Sequence record: SRR20825019_2350
DNA length: 36,623 nucleotides
Strand: one strand, 5' to 3'
Shown: positions 20,263 through 30,229 of the stretch, piece after piece
How the letters are laid out: the number at the start of each line of letters is the position of its first letter
How positions within the stretch are numbered: position 1 is the stretch's first letter
Position numbers and translations under genes: made by a program
The notes under the pieces: model-generated
Told to the model about the DNA's origin: nothing
What the model saw: only the letters and a program-made list of their open reading frames with translations
Databases searched by the model: none

Positions 20263-21162
20263 ATGAAAGGAAGAACAAGACTCATATTTTACGTGCTCAG
20301 CGTGTATGTGATTGTTCAATTTATTTGGTGGGGATATCTTATGATCGACCTCACGAAAGAAGCATCCCTCGAGTCTCAACTCATCAGCAAACGCATCACG
20401 ATGATTATTGGCGAAGGAGCTGTTTTCCTTTTAATTCTCTTTGTTGGAATTTGGCAAATTCATCGTTCCATCCGTAAAGACCTTAAGCTCACTGAACAAC
20501 AGAACAACTTTCTTTTGTCGGTAACCCACGAACTAAAAACGCCACTTGCGGCAAGTAAACTATACGTTCAAACGATTCTCAAACGGGATCTTTCGAAAGA
20601 TCAAACCCATCAAATATTGCAAAAAGCAGTGGAAGAAAACGATCGACTTGAACGAATGATAGACAATATCCTCAATGCTTCGCGACTAGAAAGCAAGGCG
20701 TTGATCTTATCCAAAGAAGAAATTGATTTATCTCAGATGATCGCTCAGACAATCGATCGATTTTCATCCATTACTAGATCAACGAACTTAACTTCCAATG
20801 TGGATTCCAACTGTTTGATTACAGCTGATCGCTTAATGCTCGAAACGATTCTGAACAACCTCATCGAAAATGCTCTGAAATATGCTGGTAACGACTCGAT
20901 TATCGAAGTTTACGCGCATTCAAAAAATGGAATGACGCAATTTGGTGTAAAAGATGAAGGGCCAGGAATTCCAGAGCAACACCAACTCGATATCTTTGAG
21001 AAATTCTATCGAATTGGAAACGAAGATACCCGAACGCAAAAAGGTTCCGGTCTTGGCTTGTACATCGTAGCTGAATTGGTGCGGTTACATCACTGGACTA
21101 TTTCCTATAAGAGCAACGCTCCAACTGGTGCACACTTTATAATCTCAACACATCATGGCTAA
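20263..21162 (+). CDS. Two-component sensor histidine kinase
   Basis: Two TMs; H-box 'VTHELKTPL', N-box 'NLIENALKY', G1 'DEGPGI', F 'IFEKFYR', G2 'GSGLGL'. Confidence 0.95.
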   Translation: MKGRTRLIFYVLSVYVIVQFIWWGYLMIDLTKEASLESQLISKRITMIIGEGAVFLLILFVGIWQIHRSIRKDLKLTEQQNNFLLSVTHELKTPLAASKLYVQTILKRDLSKDQTHQILQKAVEENDRLERMIDNILNASRLESKALILSKEEIDLSQMIAQTIDRFSSITRSTNLTSNVDSNCLITADRLMLETILNNLIENALKYAGNDSIIEVYAHSKNGMTQFGVKDEGPGIPEQHQLDIFEKFYRIGNEDTRTQKGSGLGLYIVAELVRLHHWTISYKSNAPTGAHFIISTHHG

Positions 21163-22666
21163 ACGACTTGCTCTCATCATTCTCGACGGCTGGGGAATTG
21201 GCGATAAATCTCATTCAGATGCGGTTTTTCATGCCAAAACTCCGTTTATGGACCACTTAATGTCCAATTATCCAAATGCAACGCTCTTAACAAGTGGAGA
21301 AAATGTTGGGCTACCAGACGGTCAAATGGGAAACTCAGAAGTTGGGCATTTAAACATCGGAGCAGGAAGAATCGTTTATCAAGAACTAACGAGAATTAAC
21401 AAATCCATTCGCGAAGGAGAGTTTTTCAGGAATCCGATCCTCATCAATGCATTCGAGACTGCAAAAAAGTCTGGAAAAAAAATGCACTTCATGGGCTTGG
21501 TTTCCAACGGAGGCGTTCACAGTTCAGAAAAACATTTGTACGCTTTGTGTCAAATGGCGAAAGAGTTCAATCAAGAGGCGTACGTTCATGCGTTCACGGA
21601 TGGTCGAGATTGTGACCCAAAAAGCGGATTGGGTTTTATCAAAGAACTTCAGTCTGAAATTGAACATTCGCCCGTGAAAATTGCCTCGGTGATTGGTCGA
21701 TATTACGCTATGGATCGCGACAATCGTTGGGAACGCATCAAAAAAGCGTATGATTTGATCGTCCATGGAACAGGATCTCCTGCGTTAACGGCTGAATACG
21801 CCATGGAAAAATCCTATTCAGAAGGGCTCACAGATGAATTTATTGAACCTTTTTCGATCTATGAAAATGGCGCTTCAATTGGAAATATTGAGGAAGGAGA
21901 CGTTGTAATCTGCTTTAATTTCAGAACCGACCGTCCACGCGAAATTTCAACGGTTCTTACGCAAAAAGCATTTCCAGAATTTGGAATGACTCCAGTCGAT
22001 ATCGCCTATTTCACGATGAACAATTACGATAAGTCATTTCAGAATGTTTCTGCAATTTTCGAAAAAGACAATTTAGCCAACACGCTTGGAGAAGTACTTT
22101 CCAATCAAGGAAAAACACAAGTACGCATCGCGGAAACAGAGAAATATCCTCACGTCACCTTCTTTTTTAGCGGTGGTCGTGAATTGCCATTTTCAGGTGA
22201 ACGACGCTTACTCGTTAACTCTCCAAAAGTCGCGACATACGATCTTCAACCTGAAATGAGCGCGCACGAAGTTCGCGATCAAATTGTGTCAGATATTCGT
22301 TTAAATACTCCTGATTTCATTTGTCTTAACTTTGCAAATCCTGACATGGTAGGACACACAGGTGTTTACGATGCGATTGTTAAGGCTGTTGAAACTGTTG
22401 ACGGATGTTTGCAAGAAATTGTGGAAGTCGGAAGAACCTTCGATTATGAATTTATTGTTATCGCCGACCATGGAAATGCTGATTTTGCTGTGAATCCAGA
22501 TGGCTCGCCAAATACCGCGCATTCATTAAATCCTGTTCCTTTTGTTCTCGTTACAGATGAAAAACTGGAATTATCTTCTGGAATACTGGCTGATGTTGCT
22601 CCAACTATTTTGAGTCGTTTGAATATTCCCGCTCCAAATGAGATGACAGGAAACAACCTTGCTTAA
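21155..22666 (+). CDS. gpmI: 2,3-bisphosphoglycerate-independent phosphoglycerate mutase
   Basis: 'ILDGWG', 'GQMGNSEVGH', 'GRYYAMDRD', 'AETEKYPHVT', 'NPDMVGHTG' and 'ADHGNA'. Confidence 0.98.
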   Translation: MAKRLALIILDGWGIGDKSHSDAVFHAKTPFMDHLMSNYPNATLLTSGENVGLPDGQMGNSEVGHLNIGAGRIVYQELTRINKSIREGEFFRNPILINAFETAKKSGKKMHFMGLVSNGGVHSSEKHLYALCQMAKEFNQEAYVHAFTDGRDCDPKSGLGFIKELQSEIEHSPVKIASVIGRYYAMDRDNRWERIKKAYDLIVHGTGSPALTAEYAMEKSYSEGLTDEFIEPFSIYENGASIGNIEEGDVVICFNFRTDRPREISTVLTQKAFPEFGMTPVDIAYFTMNNYDKSFQNVSAIFEKDNLANTLGEVLSNQGKTQVRIAETEKYPHVTFFFSGGRELPFSGERRLLVNSPKVATYDLQPEMSAHEVRDQIVSDIRLNTPDFICLNFANPDMVGHTGVYDAIVKAVETVDGCLQEIVEVGRTFDYEFIVIADHGNADFAVNPDGSPNTAHSLNPVPFVLVTDEKLELSSGILADVAPTILSRLNIPAPNEMTGNNLA

Positions 22667-22710
22667 CGAGATTTTAACATTTTTTCTTTTTGTTCGTCAG
22701 TCTATTAACG

Positions 22711-22718
22711 TATTTTTG
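22711..22718 (+). promoter_or_regulatory. -7 element (TATTTTTG) for the HMA lipoprotein gene
   Basis: Exact TAnnTTTG match 26 nt upstream of ATG 22745. Confidence 0.55.
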
Positions 22719-22744
22719 CAATACTAACTATTAATTTCTGCGTT

Positions 22745-23242
22745 ATGAAGTTCGTTTTATTTTCAATTGGAATGATTGCCCTCGTAAGTTCATGCGCTGA
22801 AACTTCTGTTGATCAGGCGAAAACTGAAATTGCAGAAGTTCAAAAAATAGTAGTTCCAAATAAATTATTGACAATCGAAATAGACGGAATGGTTTGCCAA
22901 ATGGGTTGTGGTTCTGCAATTCGCAAAGCATTACTCGAAACTGGCGGTGTTTCTTCGTGTGAATTTGATTTTGAAGAAGACCGTAAAACTAACATATCAA
23001 AAATCTCATTTGATAAAAACGCGGTTTCAGCGGACAAATTGGTGAAGATTATTTCAGAGTTAAATAAAGGTCAATTTACTACAGGTCAAGTGAAAACAGT
23101 AACGCTTACGGATGTTGCTGGACATGATGAAATAAAAACTTCCGAAACAGAATCACAGAAACCAAGCGTGAATGTTTCCTCGTCTTCGGGAATTCAACTT
23201 CCAAACTTTCTGGAATTGCTTACTTCTTTGTTAGTGAAGTAG
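22745..23242 (+). CDS. Heavy-metal-associated (HMA) domain lipoprotein
   Basis: Lipobox VSS-C; 'IDGMVCQMGC..AIRKAL....GV' HMA motif in a CxxxC variant. Confidence 0.8.
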   Translation: MKFVLFSIGMIALVSSCAETSVDQAKTEIAEVQKIVVPNKLLTIEIDGMVCQMGCGSAIRKALLETGGVSSCEFDFEEDRKTNISKISFDKNAVSADKLVKIISELNKGQFTTGQVKTVTLTDVAGHDEIKTSETESQKPSVNVSSSSGIQLPNFLELLTSLLVK

Positions 23243-23277
23243 GAATAACTCTTAATCTTATTGTTTCTGGCGCTAAT

Positions 23278-23499
23278 TTACTTTTTTGGAATCCCCAACA
23301 AATTGTAAATTTTTATCGATCCATTCTTCACAAAACTGACTTCCCAATCGTACAGTTCATTGTTGCTCACATTATCGACCAGCGCTTTTATTTTGGATTC
23401 AGAATCCGTGCGTAAAACCTACACATCAGTCATGTAATCATGATTACTCGTAGGAAATCCTTTTAAGTCTTCAAGTTCAAATAAATGTATTCTTGCCAT
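23278..23499 (-). pseudogene. Internally deleted remnant of a probable SAM-dependent methyltransferase-like gene
   Basis: ATG 23499 gives MARIHLFELEDLKGFPTSNHDYMTDV, then TAG at 23419-23421, then in frame VLRTDSESKIKALVDNVSNNELYDWEVSFVKNGSIKIYNLLGIPKK-TAA. From recollection, the two parts resemble the N- and C-termini of a longer conserved protein. Confidence 0.6.
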
Positions 23500-23559
23500 T
23501 TTCTCGGGGAATTGAAGAGAAAGTTACACAAATCTCACAGCAAAAAGGAACCATTCCAT

Positions 23560-23567
23560 TACTTTTG
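23560..23567 (+). promoter_or_regulatory. -7 element (TACTTTTG) for the alpha/beta hydrolase gene
   Basis: Exact TAnnTTTG match 14 nt upstream of ATG 23582. Confidence 0.6.
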
Positions 23568-23581
23568 TCCAAAGTAAACGA

Positions 23582-24343
23582 ATGAAACTACATTACCGAG
23601 AATTGGGCGAGGGGAAACCGATGATGATCCTTCATGGGTTATTTGGTTATTCCGATAACTGGCAAACGCATGCTAAAAAACTAGCCGAATATTACCGTGT
23701 AATTCTTGTCGACTTGCGAAATCACGGGCATTCCGATTGGAGTGATGATTTTTCCTATGATATTATGGCGCAAGACGTTTACGAATTATGCCAAGACCTT
23801 CAATTGGAAGACCTTATTTTGGTGGGGCACTCTATGGGTGGAAAAACAGCAATGCGACTGGCACAGCAACACGAAGAGCTTCTCGAAAAGATGATTATTG
23901 TTGATATGGGTATAAAATCATATCCAATGCATCACGAACATATTTTGGCGGGAATACATGCCGTTGATCTTCCAAACATTACAGCGCGAAGAGAAGCGGA
24001 AGAGCAAATGAGCGCGCACATTGAAGCTGAAGGTGTAAAACAGTTTCTTCTTAAGAACTTGTATTGGGAAGAAAAAGGAAAGCTAGCTTGGCGAATGAAC
24101 GTAGATGTATTGGAGCGAGAAATGCCCGCAATTCTGTCGGCACTCCCAGAAGCAGAGGTCTTCACTCCTACCCTTTTCATACGTGGTGAGCTTTCTAACT
24201 ACATTCTTGATGAAGATATCCATGAAATTGAAAATCATTTTCCCGATTCTGAAGTAGTAACTATTCAAGGCTCTGGACATTGGGTGCATGCCGAAGCGCC
24301 AGAAGAGTTTTTGGAGGCATTGCTTAGTTTTTGCCTGCGTTAG
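23582..24343 (+). CDS. Alpha/beta fold hydrolase (YbfF/ABHD11-like esterase)
   Basis: 'LHGLFG..DNW', 'DLRNHGHS', nucleophile GHSMGG and 'GHWVHAEAP'. Confidence 0.93.
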   Translation: MKLHYRELGEGKPMMILHGLFGYSDNWQTHAKKLAEYYRVILVDLRNHGHSDWSDDFSYDIMAQDVYELCQDLQLEDLILVGHSMGGKTAMRLAQQHEELLEKMIIVDMGIKSYPMHHEHILAGIHAVDLPNITARREAEEQMSAHIEAEGVKQFLLKNLYWEEKGKLAWRMNVDVLEREMPAILSALPEAEVFTPTLFIRGELSNYILDEDIHEIENHFPDSEVVTIQGSGHWVHAEAPEEFLEALLSFCLR

Positions 24344-24390
24344 AATGTCAACAGAATTATACAATCACTCATAGAACCAAACGAGATGAT

Positions 24391-24398
24391 TATCTTTG
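24391..24398 (+). promoter_or_regulatory. -7 element (TATCTTTG) for yihA
   Basis: Exact match 16 nt upstream of ATG 24415. Confidence 0.65.
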
Positions 24399-24414
24399 CA
24401 TCAAAATCGATGAA

Positions 24415-25017
24415 ATGATCATAAAATCAGCACAATTTGTTATCTCCAATACGGATATTACTCTATGTCCGAAAGATGGAAAACCGGAGTATGCGTTTAT
24501 TGGAAGATCGAACGTTGGGAAGTCTTCGCTAATAAACATGCTTACGGATCGCAAAAAGCTGGCGAAAATATCTGGAAAACCAGGTAAAACGCAGTTGATC
24601 AACCACTTCATCATCAACGACGAATGGTACTTGGTGGATTTACCAGGATACGGATACGCGAAAGCATCGAAAACGTCTCGTTATCAGTGGGAAAAATTTA
24701 TTTCAGATTACTTAGTAAAGCGAGATGAATTGCTCAATATTTTTGTTCTTCTGGATGCACGTCTAGAACCACAGAAGATTGACCTAGAATTTATGAATTG
24801 GTGTGGTGAAGAAGGATTGGCATTCTCGATGGTTTTCACCAAAATTGATAAGCTTTCAAGTACTGCTTTGCAGAAAAATCTTGCTATGTACAAAAAGGAA
24901 ATGCTCAAGCACTGGGAAGAACTTCCTCCTGTGTTTACCACTTCGAGTGAATCTAAGTTCGGAAGAGAAAAAATTCTGAACATGATCGAGCAAATCAATA
25001 AATCAGTTGTAGAGTAA
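24415..25017 (+). CDS. yihA: Ribosome biogenesis GTPase YihA/YsxC (EngB)
   Basis: G1 GRSNVGKSS, '[10 protein letters not shown]', G3 DLPGYG, G4 TKIDK. Start at ATG 24415 (MIIKSAQF). Confidence 0.97.
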   Translation: MIIKSAQFVISNTDITLCPKDGKPEYAFIGRSNVGKSSLINMLTDRKKLAKISGKPGKTQLINHFIINDEWYLVDLPGYGYAKASKTSRYQWEKFISDYLVKRDELLNIFVLLDARLEPQKIDLEFMNWCGEEGLAFSMVFTKIDKLSSTALQKNLAMYKKEMLKHWEELPPVFTTSSESKFGREKILNMIEQINKSVVE

Positions 25018-25093
25018 ACGTTAACTTCCTAGCTGATTTTAGTCATATTTTGACTGAAAAATTCAATTTATCTTTATTGAAGAAGAAAAAATT

Positions 25094-26479
25094 ATGAGAG
25101 TAGAACAACTTTACACAAAATGTCTCGCAGAGGCAGCCTATTATATTGAGAGTAATGGAGAAGCGGCGATTATTGATCCATTGAGAGAAACCTCACCATA
25201 CGTTGAACTTGCCAAAGCCAACGGTACAAAAATCAAGTACATTTTCGAAACACACTTTCATGCAGATTTCGTTTCAGGACACGTTGATTTAGCAAAGGAA
25301 ACGGGTGCGAAAATTGTATATGGACCAGAAGCAAATCCTGCTTTCGACTGTATTATTGCTGAGGACAATCAAACATTCTCAATAGGAAATTTAACTTTAA
25401 AAGTTGTTCATACTCCAGGCCACACTCCAGAATCGACGACTTATTTGCTCATCGACGAGGAAGGAAAAGAACATGCGATCTTCACGGGAGACACATTGTT
25501 TTTGGGAGATGTTGGACGTCCAGATTTAGCCATTAAAAGCGACTTCACGCAAGAAGATTTAGCTGGAATGCTCTTTGATTCGTTGAGAACAAGGGTTATG
25601 ACCCTTCCTGACAATGTAATCGTTTATCCTGGTCATGGTGCTGGTTCATCGTGTGGAAAAAGCATGAGTTCCGAAACTGTTGGACTTCTTGGCGAACAAA
25701 AACAAACCAATTATGCACTTCGCGCAGACATGACGCGTGATGAGTTTATCAAAGAAGTAACAGAAGGTATTTTACCTCCGCCACAATATTTCCCGAAAAA
25801 TGCCTTGATGAATAAAATGGGCTACGATTCCATTGACACGGTAATTGCTCGCGGAAACAAAGCACTTACATACGAAGAATTCAACGCTGAAGTGGAAAAC
25901 GGAGCGCTAATTTTAGATGTAAGAAATCAAGCTGAATTCATGGCCGGATTTATTCCAACCTCATTGTTTATCGGTCTTAACGGAACCTTTGCAATGTGGG
26001 TAGGTGCACTCATCGAAGAAATCGATCAAAAAATTGTACTCATTGTACCAGAAGAACAAGAAGAAGAGGCTGTACTTAGACTCTCTCGTGTTGGTTACGA
26101 TCAAACGGTTGGTTACTTAAAAGGAGGCGTAAGCGCTTACCCTGGCGAGCTTAAAACGATCGAAACAAAATCCGTTAGTGAAATTGAAGACCAAAAAGAG
26201 GGTCTTAACATTTTAGATGTGCGTAAACCAGGCGAATACGAGGCTGAGCATGTTGAAGGAGCAACACATTTCGCATTGGATTTCATTAACAATCATCTGA
26301 ACGAACTCGATAAAAGCACACCATATCATGTACATTGCGCAGGTGGCTACCGAAGTGTGATCGCCATTTCTATTCTTATGCAACAAGGGTATGATAAATT
26401 GGTAAACATTACCGAAGGATACAAAGGCTTTCAAGGCTCTTCTTTTCCGCTTACCACATTTGTTTGCCAAGGAAAATAA
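25094..26479 (+). CDS. MBL-fold metallohydrolase with two rhodanese domains (persulfide dioxygenase-sulfurtransferase, CstB-like)
   Basis: 'ETHFHADF', 'TPGHTPES', 'FTGDTLF.GDVGRPDL', 'YPGHGAGSSCGK'. The first rhodanese domain lacks a Cys; the second has 'HCAGGYRS'. Confidence 0.9.
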   Translation: MRVEQLYTKCLAEAAYYIESNGEAAIIDPLRETSPYVELAKANGTKIKYIFETHFHADFVSGHVDLAKETGAKIVYGPEANPAFDCIIAEDNQTFSIGNLTLKVVHTPGHTPESTTYLLIDEEGKEHAIFTGDTLFLGDVGRPDLAIKSDFTQEDLAGMLFDSLRTRVMTLPDNVIVYPGHGAGSSCGKSMSSETVGLLGEQKQTNYALRADMTRDEFIKEVTEGILPPPQYFPKNALMNKMGYDSIDTVIARGNKALTYEEFNAEVENGALILDVRNQAEFMAGFIPTSLFIGLNGTFAMWVGALIEEIDQKIVLIVPEEQEEEAVLRLSRVGYDQTVGYLKGGVSAYPGELKTIETKSVSEIEDQKEGLNILDVRKPGEYEAEHVEGATHFALDFINNHLNELDKSTPYHVHCAGGYRSVIAISILMQQGYDKLVNITEGYKGFQGSSFPLTTFVCQGK

Positions 26480-26628
26480 AGGAATTTCAAAGGAGAAAAG
26501 AAGAGGAATTACGCGCTAGTGAAATTTTCATTTTTGACTTATTTGTCACTTTTAACAGACTCGATAATTCATCCTATTTTTCTTTTTACTAATTTGCGCC
26601 ATATTCAGTGAAATGAACACAACTACCT

Positions 26629-27162
26629 ATGAAAAATATTAGCATGAAATTTTCTCGTTTAACATTCGCTCTCAGCGCATTGGTAGCGATAGGGATTTTG
26701 ATTTCTTCATGTAAAAAAGAAGAACCTGTTGTTACAGAACCTGATCCTTCTGACTATCTCGTAAACACACCAAATTCATTCTCTGCCAAGGTAGATGGAA
26801 CTACATTTGTTGAAACGTTAATTACATCGAACAATACAAGTGGTCGAATTGTTCTTACCGCTTCGAAAGACAACGGTGCAAGTTTTATTCGTTTGTTTAT
26901 TCCTACGAATATTGCAAAAGGTAGTTATGATATGACTGGTGTTGGTGCTGCATACCGTGGTTTTTATGTTTCTGGTTTTGGGCCAGGAGAACAATTCTCT
27001 ACAACAACGAGCAACGGTTCAGTATTAACAATCACTGGTCACGACACAAATAATGATGTTCTTATTGGGACGTTTAGTTTCAAGCCATTTTGCGATACAA
27101 ACACTGTTTCTCCTAATGAGTTCGTAACAATCTCTTCAGGAGAATTTGCGATAAATTATTGA
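26629..27162 (+). CDS. Uncharacterised lipoprotein (DUF6252-like)
   Basis: Lipobox ISS-C followed by KKEE; 'FSAKVDG', 'GTFSF' and 'ISSGEF.INY' pattern typical of Bacteroidota beta-rich lipoproteins. Confidence 0.75.
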   Translation: MKNISMKFSRLTFALSALVAIGILISSCKKEEPVVTEPDPSDYLVNTPNSFSAKVDGTTFVETLITSNNTSGRIVLTASKDNGASFIRLFIPTNIAKGSYDMTGVGAAYRGFYVSGFGPGEQFSTTTSNGSVLTITGHDTNNDVLIGTFSFKPFCDTNTVSPNEFVTISSGEFAINY

Positions 27163-27183
27163 TTAACACGATAAAGATTATAC

Positions 27184-27215
27184 TCCCGGTTTCACTTGAG
27201 ATCGGGATTTTTTTT
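27184..27215 (+). terminator. Intrinsic terminator between the convergent lipoprotein and AsmA genes
   Basis: 10-bp stem TCCCGGTTTC/GAGATCGGGA with two G-U pairs, 4-nt loop, then T8 (27208-27215). Confidence 0.85.
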
Positions 27216-27216
27216 G

Positions 27217-29901
27217 TCACTCAAACTCAAGATCGAGCTTATCGTCGGATTCCTTTTTCTGGATTTCAGATTCCTTTTTCATGGTTTTAATCTTCCGATC
27301 AATCCACGTATCTTTTTTCTTTGGGGCTTTTTCCTTAAAGATGTCATCGATGGAATCTACAGGGTTGAAATCGAGGATTAACTCTTCGTGTGGCGTCTTA
27401 TCCTTCACATAACGTTTAACAGTTGTGTCGTTTTTGAAGAGTCCAAATTCCGTTTTTAAGATTGATTTCGCATCTGCCTTGGCTGCTTCTCTATTTTCTT
27501 TGGCTTCTAACTTTCTCGTTGCCTTATCCCACTCTACTATTGGCTTCTCCATTGTTCCATACATTCTCATGTACACGCGAACTCCCGTTCCGTCGTCAAT
27601 TATTTGTCCAAACTCGCTTTCCTTTTTAGCTTTTAAATCACGGAGTCTGAATCCAAAACGGTAATCAATTTCGTTTTTGAAACTGTGCTGTCCCGATACT
27701 TCTAAATCTAAGGCTGATGACGCAATGGACATCGATGGAATTGTTAAAACACCATTCTTGATAATCAACGTATTCGATAACTGCTCAAATTTCAGGTCGA
27801 GCAATTTCTTTTCGAGGATATTAATGTTCTCTTTACCGAGATACGTTCTAATTCCAGGCTCTCTCAAACTTTCGGTAATGATTTTAAACGTCGACACATC
27901 TTTCAACCTTCCTTCATCAATTTGAAGACCAATCGTTGCTTTAATTCCATTCGAAACAATTCCAGTTCGCAAATCGAACGGCGCTTCAAAGGAAACATTT
28001 GCTTGTGCTTTTCCTGAGATATTGTCACTTGTGATGACATCCTGATTGAAATTATTCCATTCCTTAAAAAGAGGCTTGAAATCAATGTCGCGCGAAACAA
28101 GTTGACTCGAGAAGTACAAATATTCTGGACTTCGCTCTTCGATCGATAATGATCCTTTAATTTCTGCGCCACCGTTTGTCACCGAAATCCTAGGGAAACG
28201 AATCAGTCGATCTTTCACAGTCATTTCGCCCAATAATTGTTTGAAAGTGTGTCCTTCGTAATTCATTTGGTTTACTTCCAACGTAACTGATCCCTCAATG
28301 GTATTTGGAAGAACAAAAGTCCTGACTTCACCAATTTTTTCTTCTTTGCTTTCGGAACCAAGATCGGCAATATCAATTCTTCTACTTTTAACAGAAACAT
28401 TTGCTCGCAAACTACTTTCATTCTTAAAGTAGCCCACTACATTCTGGAATATACCTTGTACCGCAACGTCAGAATTATTTAAACGAAGTGACACATTCTC
28501 CATGCCAACCTCATCATTTCTCAAGTACACCAATCCGTTAACATCTTCAAAAACTCTTTTGTCATCCACGAGCTGAACACTCACTTGCTTAAATACGACT
28601 TGTCCTTCGCACTTCTCTATTTCCTGCGAAGTTTCTTGCTCAGTTACCAACGTGGAAATAATAAAATCAGATTCAACATCCAAAGCTCCCTTCACCTGAG
28701 CGATACTTGGGAATTGAAAAAGCGCATGAATAATCGCTAAATCGAGTGAACCGTTGGCATTTCCTTCATAGCGAGGCGCATCAAATTTTGTAAGTTGTAA
28801 ATTTCCTTTAAACGGTCCTCCTGGTGAAACAAACGCAATATTCTTCAACGACAAAAATTCTTTTTCCCTTCCTCCTTTGTTCGAGTACTTTCCATCAACA
28901 TTCAATTGCTTCAATCTAATGCCCGATACTGGATCCTTCAAATTTCCTGAACTAATTCCAAAAGCGCATGTGACCTCGGCAGGCTTCGTTGCTACATTGT
29001 TCCCAAGCACATCAAGTTCGAACAGCACTTTTCCACTTCCTTCAAAGCGTTTAACCTCATTCGATTGAGATAAAGAAAAACTATTTGCCGCGTCAGCGAT
29101 ACTGATATTCTTTGCTTCCAGATGAAACTTAAAATCATCTTTCGTTACGTTTCCATTAAAATTAAACGGTAAACCAGCCACAAAAATCGTAGATGGAGGA
29201 ATCGTTACTGTGCTCGAATCCTGATTTACATTCACAGAAATATTCAACTTCGCCGGTTGATTTCGGATCAACGAAATTTTCCCACTTCGTGCCTCAAGTA
29301 TGGTTAAATCACTATTCGCTTCCGCAGAGAAAACCGTAGAACTAAACTCTCCCTTCAGCTGCATTTCGTTTAACTCAGTTCGGTAAAGTTGATCTGTCGC
29401 AGTATTTTGATACGAAACTTTGAAATCTTCAAAATGAAAGGACTCCAGCTTCATTTCAAATCCTTCCGATTTCAAACTATCATCTGTTTCTCTCAGAATG
29501 TCATAGTTACTCAACCCTTCCGAATTCACTTTTAACTGAAGTGTCCCAGGACGTACCTCTACAGATTTCACGGTATAATTTTCCCTCCACAAATCCATCG
29601 GATTAAATTTCAATCGGATTCGGTCAGAATACAAAAGTGTATCCATCTCCGTGGAAGTTTCGTAAGAATCTTGAATGAAGACATGATGAAAATCTACCGA
29701 TAAGTTTGGAAAAGAACCCCAGAAAGCCAGATCTACGTCAGACACTTGAACTTTCGCCTTCAAGTGTTTATTCATTTCAGTAATAAATAACTGACAAATT
29801 TCGTCCTTGTAAAAATACAGAATGGCGGTAATCATCAAGATAAGCCCAAAAACGATTCCGAAAAACCATTTAATGAATCGAAAGAGTCGTTTTTTGAACA
29901 T
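27217..29901 (-). CDS. AsmA-family (AsmA-like C-terminal region) protein
   Basis: N-terminal TM anchor, 'FPNLSV.F..V.I', a long run of beta-strand repeats, and C-terminal 'IKNGVLTIPSM.I.SSAL.L.VSG.HSF.N.IDY'. Confidence 0.82.
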   Translation of the reverse strand: MFKKRLFRFIKWFFGIVFGLILMITAILYFYKDEICQLFITEMNKHLKAKVQVSDVDLAFWGSFPNLSVDFHHVFIQDSYETSTEMDTLLYSDRIRLKFNPMDLWRENYTVKSVEVRPGTLQLKVNSEGLSNYDILRETDDSLKSEGFEMKLESFHFEDFKVSYQNTATDQLYRTELNEMQLKGEFSSTVFSAEANSDLTILEARSGKISLIRNQPAKLNISVNVNQDSSTVTIPPSTIFVAGLPFNFNGNVTKDDFKFHLEAKNISIADAANSFSLSQSNEVKRFEGSGKVLFELDVLGNNVATKPAEVTCAFGISSGNLKDPVSGIRLKQLNVDGKYSNKGGREKEFLSLKNIAFVSPGGPFKGNLQLTKFDAPRYEGNANGSLDLAIIHALFQFPSIAQVKGALDVESDFIISTLVTEQETSQEIEKCEGQVVFKQVSVQLVDDKRVFEDVNGLVYLRNDEVGMENVSLRLNNSDVAVQGIFQNVVGYFKNESSLRANVSVKSRRIDIADLGSESKEEKIGEVRTFVLPNTIEGSVTLEVNQMNYEGHTFKQLLGEMTVKDRLIRFPRISVTNGGAEIKGSLSIEERSPEYLYFSSQLVSRDIDFKPLFKEWNNFNQDVITSDNISGKAQANVSFEAPFDLRTGIVSNGIKATIGLQIDEGRLKDVSTFKIITESLREPGIRTYLGKENINILEKKLLDLKFEQLSNTLIIKNGVLTIPSMSIASSALDLEVSGQHSFKNEIDYRFGFRLRDLKAKKESEFGQIIDDGTGVRVYMRMYGTMEKPIVEWDKATRKLEAKENREAAKADAKSILKTEFGLFKNDTTVKRYVKDKTPHEELILDFNPVDSIDDIFKEKAPKKKDTWIDRKIKTMKKESEIQKKESDDKLDLEFE

Positions 29902-29905
29902 GGGA

Positions 29906-29913
29906 CAAATTTA
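29906..29913 (-). promoter_or_regulatory. -7 element (TAAATTTG) for the AsmA gene
   Basis: Exact TAnnTTTG match 4 nt upstream of ATG 29901. Confidence 0.65.
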
Positions 29914-30229
29914 CCGCTTAAAATCCCCTCATCTAATCGGAGAACCTAGACTTATTAACGCAAACGTGTGGGGTTTTGTTACTTCTCTTAACAGTTTTTA
30001 AATGATCGGCACAAAAGATGCGAGTGAATTAATTTTAACAAACTTCCAAACAGCACTTAATGTTTGCTCCTATAATTCTCGATAACCACCGTTAGTACGA
30101 AATTCAACCGTCACATAAACGGTTAGTGAAATCCACTGATTTAACCCTAAAACAAGGCGCATTTGAGGAGAAATGACAACTTCATACGCATTTGTCCACC
30201 AGTCTCTTCGACTTCTTGCAATAATCTAA

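Noticed and set aside
7243-23421. TAG recoding, suggested by in-frame TAGs at 7243 and 23419
   Set aside because: TAG ends complete proteins normally here (rbfA, the MsbA-like gene, the alpha/beta hydrolase, the toxin), and no long gene is interrupted by TAG.
26535-26548. TGAC-N6-GTCA inverted repeat upstream of the DUF6252-like gene
   Set aside because: Only 4-bp arms and no clear associated promoter; plausible by chance.
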